Assembly: GCA_963706045.1 (NCBI GenBank)
Contig: CAVPLY010000014.1
Coordinates: 20,656 to 84,655, forward strand
Source of the DNA: an uncultured Actinomycetota bacterium
GTDB lineage: Bacteria; Actinomycetota; Actinomycetes; JAHEKZ01
DNA: 64,000 bases
Reading direction: 5' to 3'
Part shown: positions 17,198-25,493 of the stretch, piece after piece
How positions within the stretch are numbered: the first letter of the stretch is position 1
Layout of the letters: every line of letters begins with the position of its first letter
Notes under the pieces: generated by a model
The model's input: the letters and a program-made list of their open reading frames with translations, nothing else
What the model was told of the DNA's origin: nothing
Database searches by the model: none
Translations under genes and position numbers: made by a program

Positions 17198-18152
17198 ATG
17201 CTGCAGAACGTCGTCGCGCTCGCCCTGCCCGGTGTCGCGCCCTTCGAGCTGGGCGTCGTCTGCGAGGTCTTCGGGATCGACCGCAGCGACGTCGGGCTCC
17301 CCGCCTTCGACTTCGCCGTGGTCTCCGAGGGAGGTGCGCCGGTCCAGTCCTCGGTCGGCTTCACCATCTCCGGCACGAGACGACCTGCAGGCGGCATCGC
17401 ACCGCCGACCTGGTGTGCGTGCCCGCGTCACTTCCCGATCTGCCGACGAGCCCAGCTGTCATCGAGCTGCTGCGAAATACAGTCGACGCGCGGCGCCAAG
17501 GTTCTCAGCGTGTGCAGTGGCGCCTTCACGCTCGGAGACGCTGGCCTGCTCGACGACCGACCGTGTACGACGCACTGGTTCCACGTCGACGAGCTTGCCG
17601 GCGCGATACCCGCGGGCCCAGATCACCTGTGACGTGCTGTACGTCGATGCCGACCCGGTGATTACCAGCGCAGGAACCGCGGCCGGGATCGACTGCTGCC
17701 TACATGTCGTGCGCAAAGAGTTGGGTGCGGAGGCTGCCAACGGCATCGCCCGCCGCATGGTGGTTCCCTCTTACCGCGAGGGGGGGCAGGCACAGTTCAT
17801 CGAGCGACCCGTTCCGAGAACCGACGTCGCCACTCTTGGGCCGCTCCTCGACTGGATGGCGCAGAACCTGGACCAGGAAGTGTCGGTCGACGATCTCGCG
17901 GCGCGGGCGCACATGTCACCGCGCACCTTTGCGCGACGGTTCAAGGCCGAGACCGGCACGACACCGCATGCCTGGATGATCGCGCAGCGGGTGCAGCACG
18001 CAGAGCGCCTGCTGGAGCAGACCGATGAGCCCATCGAGCGGGTGGCGACTCTCTCGGGGTTCGGTTCCGCGACGCTGTTGCGTCACCACTTCGTCAAGCA
18101 GCGCCGCACCACCCCTCAGTCGTACCGGCGTACCTTCCGCAAGACCGCCTAG
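17198..18152 (+). pseudogene. GlxA-type AraC-family regulator (DJ-1/PfpI + HTH), four frame changes
   Basis: Domain order is recovered only by hopping frames: ...GFTISGT | DDLQAAS | ADLVCVPASLPDLPTSPAVIELLRNTVDA | GAKVLSVCSGAFTLGDAGLLDDRPCTTHW...DELA | RRYPRAQITCDVLYVD...TSAGTAAGIDCCLH...MSPRTFARRFKAETGTTPHAW. Switches are near 17377, 17398, 17490 and 17600, each +1. Confidence 0.7.
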
Positions 18153-18637
18153 CCGAGCTCCCGCCGCCATACCTGCAGCGTGACCCTCGGCAAGGGTTGC
18201 CAGTCGCGGGTGGCTTCGTGGACGTAGCCGAGACGTTCATAGAACATCGCCGCAGCCGTATTCGAGTCGATGACAGACAGGACCACTGACTCAAAGTTCT
18301 CGGTGGCAGCGACCTCATGCACGGCCGCCATCAACGACGAACCGATGTCTTGGCCCTGCCGGCCGGGGGATACCGCGAGCATGCGCACCTCTAGCTCGCT
18401 CGGCGTCGCGATCTCGGCGTAAGGCCCGCCGGGACGACAGACCGTGACGGTCCCCGCGATGCCCTGGTGGTCGATGGCCACCCAGAGCTCGGCCTTGGCC
18501 GCGCGGCCAGCGGCGTCCATGAGCGTCGTTCGATAGGGATCGGCGGCGCCGAAGGTGAGCACGGGGGCGTACGCATCGGCTGTGAGCTGGCCGACCTCCG
18601 CATACTCGTGCTCGAGGGCCTGGCGAATCGTCAGCAC
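18149..18637 (-). CDS. GNAT family N-acetyltransferase
   Basis: 162 aa. Acetyl-CoA binding region MLAVSPGRQGQDIGSSLM (R-x-x-G-x-G/A type) and C-terminal FYERLGY motif. Confidence 0.75.
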   Translation of the reverse strand: MLTIRQALEHEYAEVGQLTADAYAPVLTFGAADPYRTTLMDAAGRAAKAELWVAIDHQGIAGTVTVCRPGGPYAEIATPSELEVRMLAVSPGRQGQDIGSSLMAAVHEVAATENFESVVLSVIDSNTAAAMFYERLGYVHEATRDWQPLPRVTLQVWRRELG

Positions 18638-18647
18638 AGGTGAGAGG

Positions 18648-18893
18648 TCAGACGTTGGTGCGCATGCGGTTGCGGCGCTTCATGGCGCGTCGCTCGTCTT
18701 CAGACAGGCCGCCCCAGACGCCGGCGTCCTGGCCGGTCTCAAGGGCCCAGGCCAAGCACGGCTCGATCATCTCGCAGCGTCGGCAGACAGCCTTAGCCTC
18801 TTCGACCTGCAACAACGCAGGGCCGGTGTTGCCGATGGGGAAGAAGAGTTCGGGGTCTTCGTCACGGCAGGCGGCACGGTGGCGCCAGTCCAT
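18648..18893 (-). CDS. whiB1: WhiB1/WblE-type Fe-S transcription factor
   Basis: ATG 18893 gives MDWRHRAACRDEDPELFFPIGNTGPALLQVEEAKAVCRRCEMIEPCLAWALETGQDAGVWGG, with four Cys and the GVWGG turn. Near-colinear with M. tuberculosis WhiB1 as I recall it. Confidence 0.85.
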   Translation of the reverse strand: MDWRHRAACRDEDPELFFPIGNTGPALLQVEEAKAVCRRCEMIEPCLAWALETGQDAGVWGGLSEDERRAMKRRNRMRTNV

Positions 18894-19063
18894 GCGATGC
18901 ACACTCCTTGGAGATCACTGGGGGCGGCCGCTGGAGGGTTGCACCAGGCGTCGCACCACTCCGCTCGTCACCCGGGGGGTCGGAGACGAAGCGGTCTTCA
19001 CCACCCTTACAGATGGCGCGTCGGATCACAAGACGATCACGATGCTGAATCCACCGTGGGTTA

Positions 19064-19079
19064 TGTCAGATGCGTCACA
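19064..19079. promoter_or_regulatory. CRP/Cmr-like site TGTCA-N6-TCACA upstream of whiB1
   Basis: TGTCAGATGCGTCACA has one mismatch to TGTGA-N6-TCACA. It lies ~170 nt upstream of the whiB1 start. whiB1 is CRP-controlled in mycobacteria. Confidence 0.4.
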
Positions 19080-19115
19080 TCGCCGCAGGTCACAGGGCGA
19101 CACGGGGGTCAATCA

Positions 19116-20060
19116 TCAGGTGTCGTCAGCTCGCGCGACGACGTTCAGGGCTTTAGGGACGGCCTCGAAGGTGACCGAGGCCCGTGACCCGAGGTAGTCG
19201 CCGTCGATCTGGAAGGCGGCGGGTTCGTCGCCCTCGACGGTGAAAGTGCTGAGGTCGTGGCCGTGGACGACCCCGGCACCAGTCGGTGGTCGCTGCCTGG
19301 CTCCAAGGGCTTGGCGGGCCACCCGCAGGGTGCGACCCAGGCTGACCTGTTGGAGGGCGAGCAGGTCGAGGCCGAGGTCGAACGAAGCTCCGGGGAACGG
19401 ATCGACCGGGAGACGCCCCAAGTAGGTCCACGGCGAGGTGTTGCCGACGAGCACCATCGCCACGGGAGCATCGTGCGGGTGGTCGAGGCCGTGCAGGTGC
19501 AGGGCCGGGGAGCGCCTGGAAGAGCGCCGTGACGCCGACCGCAAGGCGGTGCGCACGTAGAGCGAGTGGCTGGAACGGCGTCCGGACGCGCGCTTCTGCT
19601 CGACCTGGGCGACGACGTCGGCATCGAGTCCGAGGCCGGCTGTGAAGGTGAACCAGCGGTGGTCGGCTCGGCCCAGGCCGATGGTGCGCTCGGCGCGGTC
19701 GCGGAGCAGCTCCAGAAGGTAGCCCGTGGCTTCGACACGGTCGTCCGGCATGCCGAGGGCTCGGGCGAAGACGTTGGTGCTTCCGCCCGGCACCACAGCT
19801 AGCGTGGGGGATCCGGCGTCGACTCCATCGGCGAGCATGCCGTTGACGACCTCGTTCACCGTGCCGTCGCCGCCGAGAACGATCACGATGTCGGCGCCTG
19901 AGCGCGCTGCGTCGAAGGCGAGTTCGGCGGCATGGCCACGAGCCTGGGTCTCGGTGATGTCCAGTGACACCTGCGAAGCGAGCGCTTGCATCAGGACGTC
20001 GCGGGCGCGGGGGCTGGTGGTCGTGGCGTGGGGATTCACGATGAGGCGGGCCCGCTGCAT
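19116..20060 (-). CDS. Diacylglycerol/lipid kinase family protein
   Basis: ATG 20060 (MQRARLIVNPHA). DAGK catalytic-domain motifs VIVLGGDGTVNEVVNG and VVPGGSTNVFAR. The 424-aa listed ORF is an N-terminal over-extension. Confidence 0.8.
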   Translation of the reverse strand: MQRARLIVNPHATTTSPRARDVLMQALASQVSLDITETQARGHAAELAFDAARSGADIVIVLGGDGTVNEVVNGMLADGVDAGSPTLAVVPGGSTNVFARALGMPDDRVEATGYLLELLRDRAERTIGLGRADHRWFTFTAGLGLDADVVAQVEQKRASGRRSSHSLYVRTALRSASRRSSRRSPALHLHGLDHPHDAPVAMVLVGNTSPWTYLGRLPVDPFPGASFDLGLDLLALQQVSLGRTLRVARQALGARQRPPTGAGVVHGHDLSTFTVEGDEPAAFQIDGDYLGSRASVTFEAVPKALNVVARADDT

Positions 20061-20145
20061 GGGCGTCAGCCTACGCCTCGGGTTACGCTCCCGCCGTGAC
20101 CCCTGACGTCCCCGATGCAACGGCTCCGCCCTCTGTCCCCCCCAG

Positions 20146-20517
20146 GTGCGGCTGCTCTCTGGGGCAGTCCTGGCTGAAGCGGTGGCCATGGTCGTGTTCA
20201 TCGTTGTCGACCTGGTGGGCGCGGTGAACAGTGGAGACGCTGAGTGGGGGGCGGTGTGGTTCGTCGCCGTGGTGATGGGCCTCTGGAGCGCCGGACTGGT
20301 CGTCGTCTCGCGTGGCGTTCTGGCCGGACGCCGCTGGGCGTTCACCCCGATCCTGTTCACGCAGGGGCTGTTCGGCATCGCGGCGATCACGTTCTTCGGC
20401 GCGGCTGCCCCCGTGGCCCGCGTGGTGTGGGGCGTGGTCGTGGTGGCGGCTGTGGTCGTGCTGCGGCTGCTCTTCAGCCGCGAGGTGCGTCAGCACCTGA
20501 TCTACGACAACTCCTGA
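20146..20517 (+). CDS. Small integral membrane protein
   Basis: 123 aa with four hydrophobic segments and a GTG start. Occupies the position of the membrane protein next to whiB1/lipid kinase in mycobacterial synteny. Confidence 0.55.
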   Translation: MRLLSGAVLAEAVAMVVFIVVDLVGAVNSGDAEWGAVWFVAVVMGLWSAGLVVVSRGVLAGRRWAFTPILFTQGLFGIAAITFFGAAAPVARVVWGVVVVAAVVVLRLLFSREVRQHLIYDNS

Positions 20518-20520
20518 CAC

Positions 20521-20538
20521 CCCGCCGAGTGCTCACCT
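20521..20538. repeat. Solo copy of dispersed 18-mer CCCGCCGAGTGCTCACCT
   Basis: Identical to 44490-44507 and, with one mismatch, to the reverse complement of 44632-44649. Sits between convergent stops and overlaps the GNAT stop codon by 2 nt. Confidence 0.6.
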
Positions 20539-21082
20539 AGACCGCTTCGGGGTCGCCGGTGTCGTCGAAGCGGCCGGACGCCAGACGTTCCAGTGGAACC
20601 CCGGTCAGTCGGTTGACGGTCCAGTCGTCCATCGAGAGAGCGCCGATCTGCTTGTAGAAGTCGACTGCTGGGTTCCAGTCGAGCACCCACCAGTCCAGGC
20701 GGGGGTAGCCGCGCTCGACGCAGATCTGCGCAAGGTGCTGCAGGAGGGCCTTGCCGTAGCCCAGCCCTCGGTACTGCTCGCGGACGTAGAGGTCGTCGAG
20801 ATAGATCGAGTGCTTGGCGGTCCAGGTGAAGAAGTTGCGGAACCAGATCGCCATGCCAGCGATCTCCCAGCCGTCCTCGTCATAGGCGGCCCCATCCTTC
20901 GGGTGGTGTTCCAGGATCGAGCACCACACCCCGGGGTCGTCGCAGAAGAGCGCTTCGGTAAACAGCTCCTCACTCGACTGCACCTCATGGCGAGCCTTCT
21001 CGTACTCGGCGAGCTCGCACACCATCGCGAAGATCTCGGGCACGTCTGCGGGCGTCGCACTGCGGATACGGGAACTCGTCAT
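20537..21082 (-). CDS. GNAT acetyltransferase (diamine/SSAT-like)
   Basis: ATG 21082 (MTSSRIRSATPADVPEI). LYVREQYRGLGYGKALL acetyl-CoA motif. Overall resembles spermidine/diamine acetyltransferases. Confidence 0.75.
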   Translation of the reverse strand: MTSSRIRSATPADVPEIFAMVCELAEYEKARHEVQSSEELFTEALFCDDPGVWCSILEHHPKDGAAYDEDGWEIAGMAIWFRNFFTWTAKHSIYLDDLYVREQYRGLGYGKALLQHLAQICVERGYPRLDWWVLDWNPAVDFYKQIGALSMDDWTVNRLTGVPLERLASGRFDDTGDPEAV

Positions 21083-21182
21083 CCCTGAATCCTCCCGCAA
21101 CGGGCCTCGCTACGACTGTTGAGCACGCCGATGGAGCAGAATCTGGCCCGACGCCGTGCCGAACTGTCGTAGCGGGCGAAAG

Positions 21183-21221
21183 CGAACGCGGGGCCCTCCC
21201 GTAGGAGCGACCCCGCGTTCG
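21183..21221 (-). terminator. sodN terminator hairpin
   Basis: CGAACGCGGGG (21183-21193) / CCCCGCGTTCG (21211-21221), an 11-bp perfect stem ~22 nt downstream of the sodN stop. Followed on the minus strand by CTTTCG. Confidence 0.55.
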
Positions 21222-21243
21222 ATGGGTGAGTGCTGAGTGGGCG

Positions 21244-21636
21244 TCAGGCCTTCTTGGTCTCCCAGAAGATCGTCGAGATCTCGTCGATCTTGCCGAGCAG
21301 CTGATCGGCGACGGCTACGTCGGTGCTGCCCTTGGTGCCGCCGGCGCCGGCAAGCTTGGTGGCCTCGTTGAAGAGTCCGTTCAGCTGCGGGTACTTCTCG
21401 AAGTGCGGCGGCTTGAAGTAGTCGGTCCAGAGCACCCACAGGTGCTCCTTGACCATGTTCGAACGCTCCTCCTTGATGGAGATGGCGCGAGCCTTGAAGT
21501 CAGCATCGTCGCTGCCGTGGTATTTCTGCATGCACGCCTTCACCGACTCCGCCTCGATCTTGGCCTGGGCAGGGTCGTAGACGCCGCACGGCAGGTCGCA
21601 GTGGGCACTGACCTCGGCAATGAGCCGGAGAGCCAT
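21244..21636 (-). CDS. sodN: Nickel superoxide dismutase precursor
   Basis: ATG 21636 gives MALRLIAEVSA-HCDLPCGVYDP (Ni-hook after a cleaved leader), then ...YFKPPHFEKYP...IFWETKKA. Colinear with Streptomyces SodN. The 445-aa listed ORF is an over-extension. Confidence 0.9.
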   Translation of the reverse strand: MALRLIAEVSAHCDLPCGVYDPAQAKIEAESVKACMQKYHGSDDADFKARAISIKEERSNMVKEHLWVLWTDYFKPPHFEKYPQLNGLFNEATKLAGAGGTKGSTDVAVADQLLGKIDEISTIFWETKKA

Positions 21637-21664
21637 GGGTGAGTCCTTTCGACGCAGGTCTGGG

Positions 21665-22051
21665 ATGTCAGCGACACTACCCCCCATGCCCATGGCACGC
21701 AGATCCCCCTCAGGCGATGGCCTGGGCCTCGTCGTCGCCGGACGCGGCGTGGTCCGGGTGCGTGGCCGGTCCATGGAGCCGACGCTTCGCGAAGGGGACC
21801 TGTTGTTGGTGCGGGTGGGGCAAGGTGCACGTCCGGGTTCCCTCGTGGTGGTCCGACTTCCGGGCCGAGGGGGATTGTCTGTGAAGCGTGCGCTTCGCGC
21901 TGAAGGCGAGGGGTGGTGGGTCGAGCGTGACAACCCTCGCGAAGGTGTCGACTCATGGGTCGTCGGTGCTATCCCATCAAAGGACGTTGTCGCGCGCGTT
22001 GTGCGACGGCTGTGGCCCGTGCGACGAATCGAGGTGCCTCCGACCGTGTGA
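21665..22051 (+). CDS. sodX: Ni-SOD maturation protease (S26 signal-peptidase family)
   Basis: Divergent from sodN. VRGRSMEPTLREGDLLLV (Ser nucleophile motif SMxPT) and VKRA (Lys). The start among ATG 21665/21686/21692 is uncertain. Confidence 0.75.
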   Translation: MSATLPPMPMARRSPSGDGLGLVVAGRGVVRVRGRSMEPTLREGDLLLVRVGQGARPGSLVVVRLPGRGGLSVKRALRAEGEGWWVERDNPREGVDSWVVGAIPSKDVVARVVRRLWPVRRIEVPPTV

Positions 22052-22092
22052 CACGATGGGCTTTCGGCTCGACCCTCCTGAAAGTGTGCATC

Positions 22093-23269
22093 GTGACTGC
22101 CTCCGATCTGCCCGTTGATCCCGTCTTCGCACTTCACCGGGGAGGAAAGATCGAGATCCGGTCGACGGCCCGAGTGCGTGACGCCGAGGGACTTGCTCTT
22201 GCGTACACACCCGGTGTGGCGAAGGTCTGCGAGGCGATCGCCGCTGATCCCCGCCTTGCCGACACGTACACGTGGCGTTCGCACGTCGTAGCAGTGGTGT
22301 CGGACGGGACGGCGGTGCTGGGTCTCGGGGACATCGGGCCGCTGGCCGCGCTTCCGGTGATGGAGGGCAAGGCCTTGCTGTTCAAGGACTTCGGGGGAAT
22401 TGATGCCGTCCCCATCGTCCTCGACACCACCGACGTCGACGAGATCGTCGAGACGGTCGTACGTTTGGCCCCTAGCTTCGGTGGGATCAATCTCGAGGAC
22501 ATCAGCGCCCCGCGCTGCTTCGACATCGAGAAGGCACTGCAGGAGCGACTCGACATCCCGGTCTTCCACGACGACCAACACGGCACCGCAATCGTGGTGC
22601 TGGCTGCCCTCGAGAACGCGGCCCGTCTGATCGAGCGCCCGCTGTCGGACCTACGCGTCGTCGTGTCGGGAGCTGGCGCTGCAGGGGTTGCCGTGACAAA
22701 GATCCTGCTCGAGGCCGGTATCGGGGACATCGCCGTGGGTGACCGCAAGGGCATCATCCACTCGGGATCGTGCCAGTCTCGTCGGCATGAAGGGGTGGAT
22801 TGCGGGCGCCACGAACTCCTCAGGGCTCACCGGATCGATCGAGGACGCCATGCGGGGTGCCGATGTCTTCATCGGCGTCTCCGGTGGCACGGTCTCCGAA
22901 GGCGCAGTGGCCTCGATGTCGTCGGATGCGATGGTCTTCGCCCTGGCGAACCCAGTCCCGGAAGTGGATCCGGCCGTTGCAACGAGATACGCCAAGGTGG
23001 TCGCCACGGGCCGTAGCGACTACCCGAACCAGATCAACAACGTGCTTGTCTTCCCCGGCATCTTCAAGGGCGCCCTCGAGGTCGGGGCGACGCAGATCAC
23101 CAAGGGCATGAAGCTGGCGGCGGCGAAAGCACTCGCCGGCGTGGTGGGCGATGACCTTGACGTCGACCACCTGATCCCGAGCGTGTTCGACCAGCGGGTC
23201 TCGCCGTCGGTCGCTGAAGCTGTCGCGAAGGCCGCCCGCCAAGACGGCGTCCTGCGTCCCCATGCCTGA
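22093..23269 (+). pseudogene. NAD(P)-dependent malic enzyme (short form), frame broken once (~22765-22772)
   Basis: GTG 22093. Motifs YTPGVA, VSDGTAVLGLGDIG, PVMEGKALLFK, FGGINLEDI, VFHDDQHGTAIV, VVSGAGAAG. After ...KGIIHSG the sequence continues (ASLVGMKGWIAGATN...ANPVPE...PNQINNVLVFPG) in the 22739 frame. Confidence 0.75.
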
Positions 23270-23275
23270 GGTGGG

Positions 23276-23749
23276 CTACTCCGGCTCGGTGACGTCGGCG
23301 ATGTGCGCATCGAGAGCAATCAGGGCCTGATCGGCGTCGACGGCTAGGGCGGTGTTGTTCGCGCCGGCGCCCAGGGTAATGGCCCGACCGGCGAGCAGCT
23401 CATCGGCGATCACGGGCAACACGTCCTTGGCGCCGAACGGTGTGATGGTGCCGCGTGGGTAGCCCGTGACCACCAGTGCCTCGTCGGCGTTCGGCATCGA
23501 GAGGCGGTTGACGCCCAGAAGCGCCCGCAGCTTTGGCCAGCTGATGACGCGGTCACCTGGAACCAACACGAAGACGAAGTCGCCTTCGCCGCGACGAACG
23601 ACCATGGTCTTTACGACGTCAGCAGGTTCGACGCTACGGGCGACGGCTGCCTCGGCGAGACTGCGGACTGCTCCGTGGTGAATGACCCGGTGCGGTAACC
23701 CCAGCTGCTGTGCTGCGACCGCGCCCGGCGGTGGGGCCTCCTCAGTCAC
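23276..23749 (-). CDS. YbaK/EbsC-type aminoacyl-tRNA deacylase
   Basis: GTG 23749 overlaps the upstream stop (GTGA). VKTMVVRRGEGDFVFVLVPGDRVISWPKL...GYPRGTITPFG matches the YbaK/ProX editing-domain pattern. Confidence 0.7.
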   Translation of the reverse strand: MTEEAPPPGAVAAQQLGLPHRVIHHGAVRSLAEAAVARSVEPADVVKTMVVRRGEGDFVFVLVPGDRVISWPKLRALLGVNRLSMPNADEALVVTGYPRGTITPFGAKDVLPVIADELLAGRAITLGAGANNTALAVDADQALIALDAHIADVTEPE

Positions 23750-24783
23750 AGCGAGGCGGGAACGACCTCGGCAACCAGGCGGGCGAACGAGTCGATGTCG
23801 TCCTCGGTGGTGTCCCACGAGCACATCCACCGCACCTCGCTGCGGGCCTCGTCCCACGCGTAGAAGTGATACGCCTCTTGCAGCTTGGCGATGGCCTGCT
23901 GAGGCAGGATCGCGAAGACGCCGTTCGCCTGCACCTTCTGCGTGATCGTGACGCCGGGGATGTCGACAACAGCATCGTGCAGACGCTTAGCCATGGCGTT
24001 GGAGTGCGCGGCGTTGTGACGCCACAGGTCGTCCTCGAAGAGCGCGAGGAACTGGGCAGACACGAAGCGCATCTTGCTCGACAGCTGCATCTGCTGCTTG
24101 CGGATGAAGGGGGTGTTCTCAGCCAGCGCTGGGTTGAAGAACACGACGGCCTCGCCACCCATCAGGCCGTTCTTCGTGCCGCCGAACGAGAGAACGTCGA
24201 CCCCCGCGGCGGCGGTGGTTTCGCGCAGTTCGACACCTAGCGAGACGGCAGCGTTCGAGATGCGGGCGCCGTCCATGTGCAGGTACATGTCGAGGTCGTG
24301 GGTCGTGTCGGCGATCGCCTTGACCTCGTCGACTGAGTAGAGCGTGCCCAGCTCAGTGGACTGTGTGATCGACACGACGGTGGGCTGCACGTGGTGCACG
24401 TCGCCGCGCCCGATGAAGGCGTCGCGAATCATCTTCGGCGTCAGCTTGCCGTCGGGCGTCGGGATGTCCCACAGCTTGCTGCCGAGGAACCGTTCCGGTG
24501 CACCGCACTCGTCCCAGTTGATGTGAGCGTTCTGGGTACAGATGACGTTCTGCCACGGCCGCAGCATCGACTGAAGCGCCGTGACATTGGCGCCGGTGCC
24601 GTTGAAGACAAAGAACACCTCGACCTGCTCACCGAGCAGGGCCCGGAAGCGCTCGACGGCTTCGGCGGTGTACGGGTCGTCGCCGTACGAGACGACGTGA
24701 CCGACGTTGACCTCGGCCATCTTGGCGAGAACATCTGGGTGTACGCCGGCATAGTTGTCGCTGGCGAAGCCTCGGTGGCTCAC
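23746..24783 (-). CDS. ltaE: Low-specificity threonine aldolase (PLP-dependent)
   Basis: 345 aa. FASDNYAGVHPDV, FNGTGANV, HMDGARISNA and SFGGTKNG (PLP lysine) motifs of the beta-eliminating lyase / threonine aldolase family. Confidence 0.8.
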   Translation of the reverse strand: MSHRGFASDNYAGVHPDVLAKMAEVNVGHVVSYGDDPYTAEAVERFRALLGEQVEVFFVFNGTGANVTALQSMLRPWQNVICTQNAHINWDECGAPERFLGSKLWDIPTPDGKLTPKMIRDAFIGRGDVHHVQPTVVSITQSTELGTLYSVDEVKAIADTTHDLDMYLHMDGARISNAAVSLGVELRETTAAAGVDVLSFGGTKNGLMGGEAVVFFNPALAENTPFIRKQQMQLSSKMRFVSAQFLALFEDDLWRHNAAHSNAMAKRLHDAVVDIPGVTITQKVQANGVFAILPQQAIAKLQEAYHFYAWDEARSEVRWMCSWDTTEDDIDSFARLVAEVVPASL

Positions 24784-25493
24784 GAGGGCCCTCCGGAGTA
24801 GAGACGGATGCGTTGCCCGTTCATCTTCGCCCCTGCCGAGGACGACAGATAGACCAGGGCGTCAGCGATCTGCTCAGCCGGCACGAATGCGCCCCAGTCC
24901 TTGTCGGGGTTCTTCGCGCGCATGGCTGGCGTCAGAATGGCCGGTACCACCACGATGTTCGCAGTGGCTGACGAACCCTTGAAGCCGTTGGCCAGGGCCA
25001 GCACGATGGCTTCTGACGCCGCCTTGGCGGTGGCGTACGAGGCGTTCTTGCTGGTGGGCGCCTGCGCCTCTTTCGCCGAGATGATGGCGAAGCGGCCCTG
25101 GTCGGACGCCTGCAGCGGCTCGGCGAAGGCTCGGGCGACGTGCACAGTGGTGCGCACCAGAAGGTTGTGCAGCCACTCCCAGTCGTCCAACGACTGTTCC
25201 TGCAGCGGCTTACCGCCGCGCCAGCCACCCACCAGGTGCCAGAGCGCGTCGATAGGAGCGCTGGCCGTCACCTCAGCAGCGAAGGCTGCTGTCGCGTCGT
25301 CGTCGAGCAGGTCGACAACGTGCGTGCTCTCAACAGCTTCGGGGAAGTCACCAGCGAGGATGTCCAGGCGCTCTTGAGCGACGTCGACCAGCACGAGCCG
25401 AGCACCGGCTGCTGCGGCCGCCGCCAGGACTGTGGGTCCGAGGCCACCGGCAGCGCCGGTGACCAGGACGCGTCGACCAGCAAGTGCACTCAT
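24780..25493 (-). CDS. SDR-family oxidoreductase
   Basis: ATG 25493 overlaps the upstream stop (ATGA). VLVTGAAGGLG Rossmann motif and Y-x3-K (YATAK). Confidence 0.75.
   Translation of the reverse strand: MSALAGRRVLVTGAAGGLGPTVLAAAAAAGARLVLVDVAQERLDILAGDFPEAVESTHVVDLLDDDATAAFAAEVTASAPIDALWHLVGGWRGGKPLQEQSLDDWEWLHNLLVRTTVHVARAFAEPLQASDQGRFAIISAKEAQAPTSKNASYATAKAASEAIVLALANGFKGSSATANIVVVPAILTPAMRAKNPDKDWGAFVPAEQIADALVYLSSSAGAKMNGQRIRLYSGGPS

Noticed and set aside
21637-22581. N-terminal 315 codons of the listed 445-aa ORF containing sodN
   Set aside because: Ni-SOD needs the short leader MALRLIAEVSA before HCDLPCG. The upstream extension is Pro/Arg-rich and overlaps sodX and the malic enzyme gene on the other strand.
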